From: Candidatus Dormiibacterota bacterium
Lineage (GTDB): Bacteria; Chloroflexota; Dormibacteria; Aeolococcales; Aeolococcaceae
Assembly: GCA_963718525.1 (NCBI GenBank)
Contig: OY970355.1
Location: 416,001 to 480,000, forward strand
DNA: 64,000 nt
Direction: 5' to 3'
Part shown: positions 60,160 through 64,000 of the stretch, piece after piece
Layout: each line of letters opens with the position of its first letter
How positions within the stretch are numbered: position 1 is the stretch's first letter
The notes under the pieces: generated by a model
Told to the model about the DNA's origin: nothing
Database searches by the model: none
What the model saw: only the letters and a program-made list of their open reading frames with translations
Position numbers and translations under genes: made by a program

Positions 60160-61381
60160 GGGTCAACGCCTCGTCGGGTGTCTCGATGAGATCGGCGAGA
60201 TGCCGGATGAAACCGCCGGCAACGCCTCCGTCGGCGATGCGGTGGTCGAACACGAGCGACAGCTCCACCACTGAACGGGGCACGACGTCCTCATCCACAA
60301 CCCACGGCCTGCTCGAGATGCGTCCGATACCCAGGATGGCCGCTTCTGGCGGGTTGATGATCGGGATCCCGCCGTCGACGCCGAAGGCGCCGAAGTTCGA
60401 CACCGTGAAGGTGCTGCCCCTGAGATCGTCCGCGTTGATCGAGCCGTCGCGGGCTGCGGTGGCAAGCCGCTGCAGGTCGTCGCCGATGTCTCGCAGTGTC
60501 TTGTGCTGCGCGTCGCGAATCACCACCACCACGAGGCCGCGCTCCGTCTGCACGGCGACGCCGAGATGGATCGGGGTGAACAGCACGACCTCGTTCGCCG
60601 CGGCGTCGAAATGCGCATTGAGCCTGGGGAAAGTCCTGAGCGCCACCGCGCAGAGTCGCAGGATCATCGCGAAGGGTGTGACCCACACGTCCATCGATCC
60701 AGGCGGCAGCTCGGCACGCAATTCCATGAGCCGGGTCGCGTCGGCACTGAGCCATGCCGTCGCTGCGGGGGTTTCACGATATGAGCGCGCGAGCCGCTCG
60801 GCGGCGACCCGATCGACCCCGGTCAGCGCCGCTCGAACCGATTCGACACGGGCGGCAGGCGACGGTGCGGTGACGGTGGCGCCCTGCTGCATACGACTGC
60901 GCTCGAGGTCGGCGTGGGTCACGATCCCGCCAGGGCCGCTGCCCGCCACCGTGCTGAGGTCGATGCCGAGTTCCAATGCGCGGCGTCGCACCAGCGGCGA
61001 CGCCGGAGGCGTGGCGGCCGTGGCGACCGGCGCAACGCCCCCCGACGGCGTGGGTGCACTCCGGCGCGACCGCGGTGCCGCCTCGCTCGTGCCGTAGCCC
61101 ACCAGCAGGTTGCCCGACGCCGATGCAGACGGAGCGCCTTCGACCTCGATGCTGATCAAGGGGCTGCCGACGGCGATGCTCGCGCCCTGGGCAGCATGCA
61201 GGGTGGCGACGCGTCCCGCGAACGGGGTGGGCACCTCGACGATTGCCTTCTCCGTCGAGATCTCGGCGATGGGCTGGTCGACGGTGACCACGTCACCTTC
61301 CGCGACGAGCCATCGGTTGATCTCTCCCTCCGTGAGCCCCTCGCCGAGGTCCGGCATCAGGAACGCGCGAACCGACGGCAT
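60152..61381 (-). CDS. 2-oxoacid dehydrogenase E2 (dihydrolipoamide acyltransferase)
   Basis: PDLGEGL.E, lipoyl TEKA, ASPLVRR, GSGPGG, PIINPPE, DHRIADG. Confidence 0.93.
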   Translation of the reverse strand: MPSVRAFLMPDLGEGLTEGEINRWLVAEGDVVTVDQPIAEISTEKAIVEVPTPFAGRVATLHAAQGASIAVGSPLISIEVEGAPSASASGNLLVGYGTSEAAPRSRRSAPTPSGGVAPVATAATPPASPLVRRRALELGIDLSTVAGSGPGGIVTHADLERSRMQQGATVTAPSPAARVESVRAALTGVDRVAAERLARSYRETPAATAWLSADATRLMELRAELPPGSMDVWVTPFAMILRLCAVALRTFPRLNAHFDAAANEVVLFTPIHLGVAVQTERGLVVVVIRDAQHKTLRDIGDDLQRLATAARDGSINADDLRGSTFTVSNFGAFGVDGGIPIINPPEAAILGIGRISSRPWVVDEDVVPRSVVELSLVFDHRIADGGVAGGFIRHLADLIETPDEALTRD

Positions 61382-61384
61382 CGA

Positions 61385-62359
61385 TCAGTACTCGAGCAGC
61401 CGTGCCACCGCATCGAGGATGCGGTCGCCGTCGGGGAGAAAGTGGCGCTCGATCTTCGCCGACGGGTAGGGGACGTCCCATCCGGTGACGCGCAGCACCG
61501 GAGCAGCGAGAAAGCCGAAGGCGCGCTCGGTCACCTCGGCCGCGATCTCGGCGCCGTAGCCGGCGAACCGCGCCGCTTCGTGCACGACCAGGGCGCGTCC
61601 TGTCTTGGTGGCACTGGTCACCAGCGTGTCCACGTCGAGCGGTGACAGCGTCCGGACATCGACGACCTCGAGGTCGATGCCGCTCTCGTCGGCGGCGCGG
61701 TTCGCCGCCTCCAGCGCCGTCGTGACCATCGGCCCGTACGCGATGACGGTTGCGGCAGTCCCGGCCCGGCGAACCACCGCCTTGCCGATCGGCGGGGCGG
61801 TCACCGGCAGGTCGACGTCCTCCTTCAACCAGTAGCGGCGCTTGGGTTCGAGGAAGATGACCGGGTCCTCGAACGCGATCGACGCACGCAGCAGCGCGTA
61901 CGCATCCGACGGTGTGCCGGGAGTCACCACCGTCAGGCCGGCGGTGTGCGCGTAGTAGACCTCGGGACTCTCCGAGTGGTGCTCCACCGCGCCGATCCCG
62001 CCTCCATACGGGATGCGGATGACCAGGGGCAGACCGACGCGGCCGCGGGTCCGGCTCCGGTACTTCGCCACGTGGCTGATCACCTGGTCGAGCGCCGGGT
62101 AGGAGAAGCCGTCGAACTGCATCTCGACGACGGGGCGCATGCCATAGAGCGCCATGCCGATGGCCGTGCCGACGATCCCGGACTCCGCAACCGGGGTGTC
62201 GAAGCAGCGGTCGATGCCCATCTCCGCCTGCAGACCGTCGCTGATCCGGAAGACACCGCCCAGCTTGCCGACGTCCTCGCCGTACACGACCACGGAGTCG
62301 TCCTCGCGCATCGAGTCGCGGAGCGCGGCGTTGAGGGCACCTGCCATGGTGACCTCCAT
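61385..62359 (-). CDS. 2-oxoacid dehydrogenase E1 beta subunit
   Basis: GEDVG..GGVFR, DTP.AE.GI.G, EMQF.GF, EHHSESPE, FLEPK. Confidence 0.95.
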   Translation of the reverse strand: MEVTMAGALNAALRDSMREDDSVVVYGEDVGKLGGVFRISDGLQAEMGIDRCFDTPVAESGIVGTAIGMALYGMRPVVEMQFDGFSYPALDQVISHVAKYRSRTRGRVGLPLVIRIPYGGGIGAVEHHSESPEVYYAHTAGLTVVTPGTPSDAYALLRASIAFEDPVIFLEPKRRYWLKEDVDLPVTAPPIGKAVVRRAGTAATVIAYGPMVTTALEAANRAADESGIDLEVVDVRTLSPLDVDTLVTSATKTGRALVVHEAARFAGYGAEIAAEVTERAFGFLAAPVLRVTGWDVPYPSAKIERHFLPDGDRILDAVARLLEY

Positions 62360-63480
62360 CAGGCCGTCTCCTCCGCCGCGGTCAATTCCTGTTGGAGGAT
62401 CGAGCGCTCCGCCTCGAGCAGCGGCGTCTGAGTCGCGTACACGTGGTCGAACATCTCGCGTGGGTCGCCGGCAGGAGCGTCGAACAGCGAGTCGCGCATG
62501 CGCGCCGTGATGGCGTCACCTTCAGCCTCGACCTCCGCAACGTACGCATCGTCGATGACGCCGGCCTCGCGAAGCGAGCCACGGAAGCGTTCGACCGGGT
62601 CGCGCATCCGCCAGGACGTCGTCTCGTCATCGCTCCGGTAGCGGGTGGTGTCGTCCGCGGTGGTATGCGCTTCGAGACGATACGTGACCGCTTCGATCAG
62701 CGTCGGGCCGTCCCCGCGTCGTGCACGCTCAAGCGCGGTGCGCACCGCTCCGTACACCGACACGACGTCATTGCCGTCGACGCGGATGCCCGGCATCCCG
62801 ACACCCGCTGCGCGGAGCGCGATCGACGAGGCCTTGGTCTGGAGACGGTACGGCACGCTGATCGCGTAGCCGTTGTTCTGGACGACGAACACCACCGGCG
62901 CACCGAACACCCCCGCCATGTTCAGCGCCTCGTGCGCATCTCCCTCGCTGGCGGCGCCGTCGCCGAAGAAGGTCAGCGCGACGATTGGATCCTGCCGGAT
63001 ACGCGCCGCCATCGCAAGGCCCACCGCATGGAGCGCCTGGGTGGCGAGCGGCGTCGTCAGCGGTGCCACCCGGTACTGATAGGGGTCGAAGCCGCAGTGC
63101 CAGCTCCCCGAGAAGAGCGCCAGAAGCTCCACGATGTCGACGCCGCGCGCAAAGGTGCCGACCGTCTCCCGGTAGCTGGGAAAGAGCCAGTCGTCTGCCT
63201 CGAGGGCGAAGACCGCACCGACCTGCGCCGCCTCCTGTCCCTGGCTGGAAGCGAAGACTCCGAGGGCTCCCTGGCGGGTCAGGTTGATCGCTTGGCGGTC
63301 GACCCGCCGGCTCAACGCCATGAGACGGTAGAGGCTGCGGAGCTGGTCGTCACTCAGCGTGGTGTCGTGAGCGACGGGATCGCCCATCGACCCCTCTGCC
63401 GCCACATCCTGCCAGGCGGCTTTCGACAGCCCCGGAAATGAGGACGGTCCGCTGGCCGTCGACGACACCTCCACAGTCAC
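62359..63480 (-). CDS. 2-oxoacid dehydrogenase E1 alpha subunit
   Basis: RQG, GQEA, PSYR, TPP motif GDGAASEG...NN, TYRL..HTTADD..RY; start approximate. Confidence 0.93.
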   Translation of the reverse strand: MTVEVSSTASGPSSFPGLSKAAWQDVAAEGSMGDPVAHDTTLSDDQLRSLYRLMALSRRVDRQAINLTRQGALGVFASSQGQEAAQVGAVFALEADDWLFPSYRETVGTFARGVDIVELLALFSGSWHCGFDPYQYRVAPLTTPLATQALHAVGLAMAARIRQDPIVALTFFGDGAASEGDAHEALNMAGVFGAPVVFVVQNNGYAISVPYRLQTKASSIALRAAGVGMPGIRVDGNDVVSVYGAVRTALERARRGDGPTLIEAVTYRLEAHTTADDTTRYRSDDETTSWRMRDPVERFRGSLREAGVIDDAYVAEVEAEGDAITARMRDSLFDAPAGDPREMFDHVYATQTPLLEAERSILQQELTAAEETA

Positions 63481-63491
63481 GTTGATCGATC

Positions 63492-64000
63492 CTACCCCTG
63501 CGGACCTTGGCCGCCGAAGTTCGGCGCCCGCTTCGCCCGTCTGGCTGCCACCCCCTCGGCGACGTCGGGGCCGGTGAAGCCGAGGAATTCGAGCGCGAGT
63601 GAGCTGTCGAAGATGGGTCCTGCCGCGCGCAGCCAGTTGTTGAGCGCGTACTTGGTCCAGCTGATCGCCGTCGGCGACCCTGCGGCGAGCTTTCGGGCGA
63701 CCTCGATGGCCCTGACGTGCACCTGGTCGTCGGGGACGCTGAGTGAGACAAGCCCGATCCGCTCCGCCTCCTCGCCGTTCACCGGTTCGCAGAGGAGGAG
63801 GTGGTACTTGGCCCTGGCCATACCGCAGAGGAGGGGCCATATGATCGCGGCATGGTCGCCGGCCGCGACCCCAATCCGGGTATGACCGTCGATCAATCGC
63901 ACCGAGTGAGCGGCGATCGAGATATCGGCAAGCAGCCCGACCACGAGCCCCGCCCCGACTGCCACGCCGTCCATCGCCGAAACAATCGGCTTGCTGCAGT
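63492..64000 (-). CDS. Enoyl-CoA hydratase/isomerase (5' partial)
   Basis: [36 protein letters not shown]; frame open to the window edge. Confidence 0.9.
   Translation of the reverse strand, partial: CSKPIVSAMDGVAVGAGLVVGLLADISIAAHSVRLIDGHTRIGVAAGDHAAIIWPLLCGMARAKYHLLLCEPVNGEEAERIGLVSLSVPDDQVHVRAIEVARKLAAGSPTAISWTKYALNNWLRAAGPIFDSSLALEFLGFTGPDVAEGVAARRAKRAPNFGGQGPQG

Noticed and set aside
1-64000. tRNA, rRNA, CRISPR arrays, transposases, integrases and prophage genes
   Set aside because: None seen; intergenic gaps are short and no regularly spaced repeats or mobile-element motifs were found by eye.

Overview
High-GC bacterial chromosomal window (about two-thirds G+C by eye), almost fully coding, with about 60 genes. 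I found no rRNA, tRNA, CRISPR array or mobile element. An F420-using soil organism such as Ca. Dormibacterota, Chloroflexota or Actinomycetota is plausible, but this is inference only. Contents in order: GAF-GGDEF-EAL protein (5' partial); aldo/keto reductase; small di-heme membrane protein; DHA2 MFS exporter; two-component system followed by an orphan Flp pilin; GNAT; an anthraniloyl/salicylyl-CoA catabolic cluster with a creatininase-family gene; pcaIJF-pcaD with an intradiol dioxygenase; an uncharacterised DeoR-linked locus at 21.4-30.8 kb (nucleotidyltransferase-like protein, APC permease, two BtpA/SgcQ paralogs, metallophosphoesterase, FGGY kinase, TIM-barrel epimerase, hydrolase); acyl-CoA synthetase; MaoC; an F420 cluster (Ddn-type, DMT transporter, cofC-cofE-cofD, PPOX-type, fgd) without FO synthase; a membrane GGDEF-EAL-REC protein; aminotransferase-glcDEF; GH63 glycosidase; class III aminotransferase; and hppD, paaABCDE, ilvE and 2-oxoacid dehydrogenase E1/E2. 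Main observations: (1) the DeoR/BtpA/nucleotidyltransferase/phosphoesterase locus is the best candidate for an undescribed pathway; (2) all four +1 frameshifts found, plus one motif-breaking substitution, sit at GASTC sites read as GAASTC, suggesting adenine modification at GASTC causing base-calling errors; (3) a candidate deazaflavin (FO) salvage transporter; (4) a candidate Phe to phenylacetyl-CoA route using a 2-oxoacid dehydrogenase.
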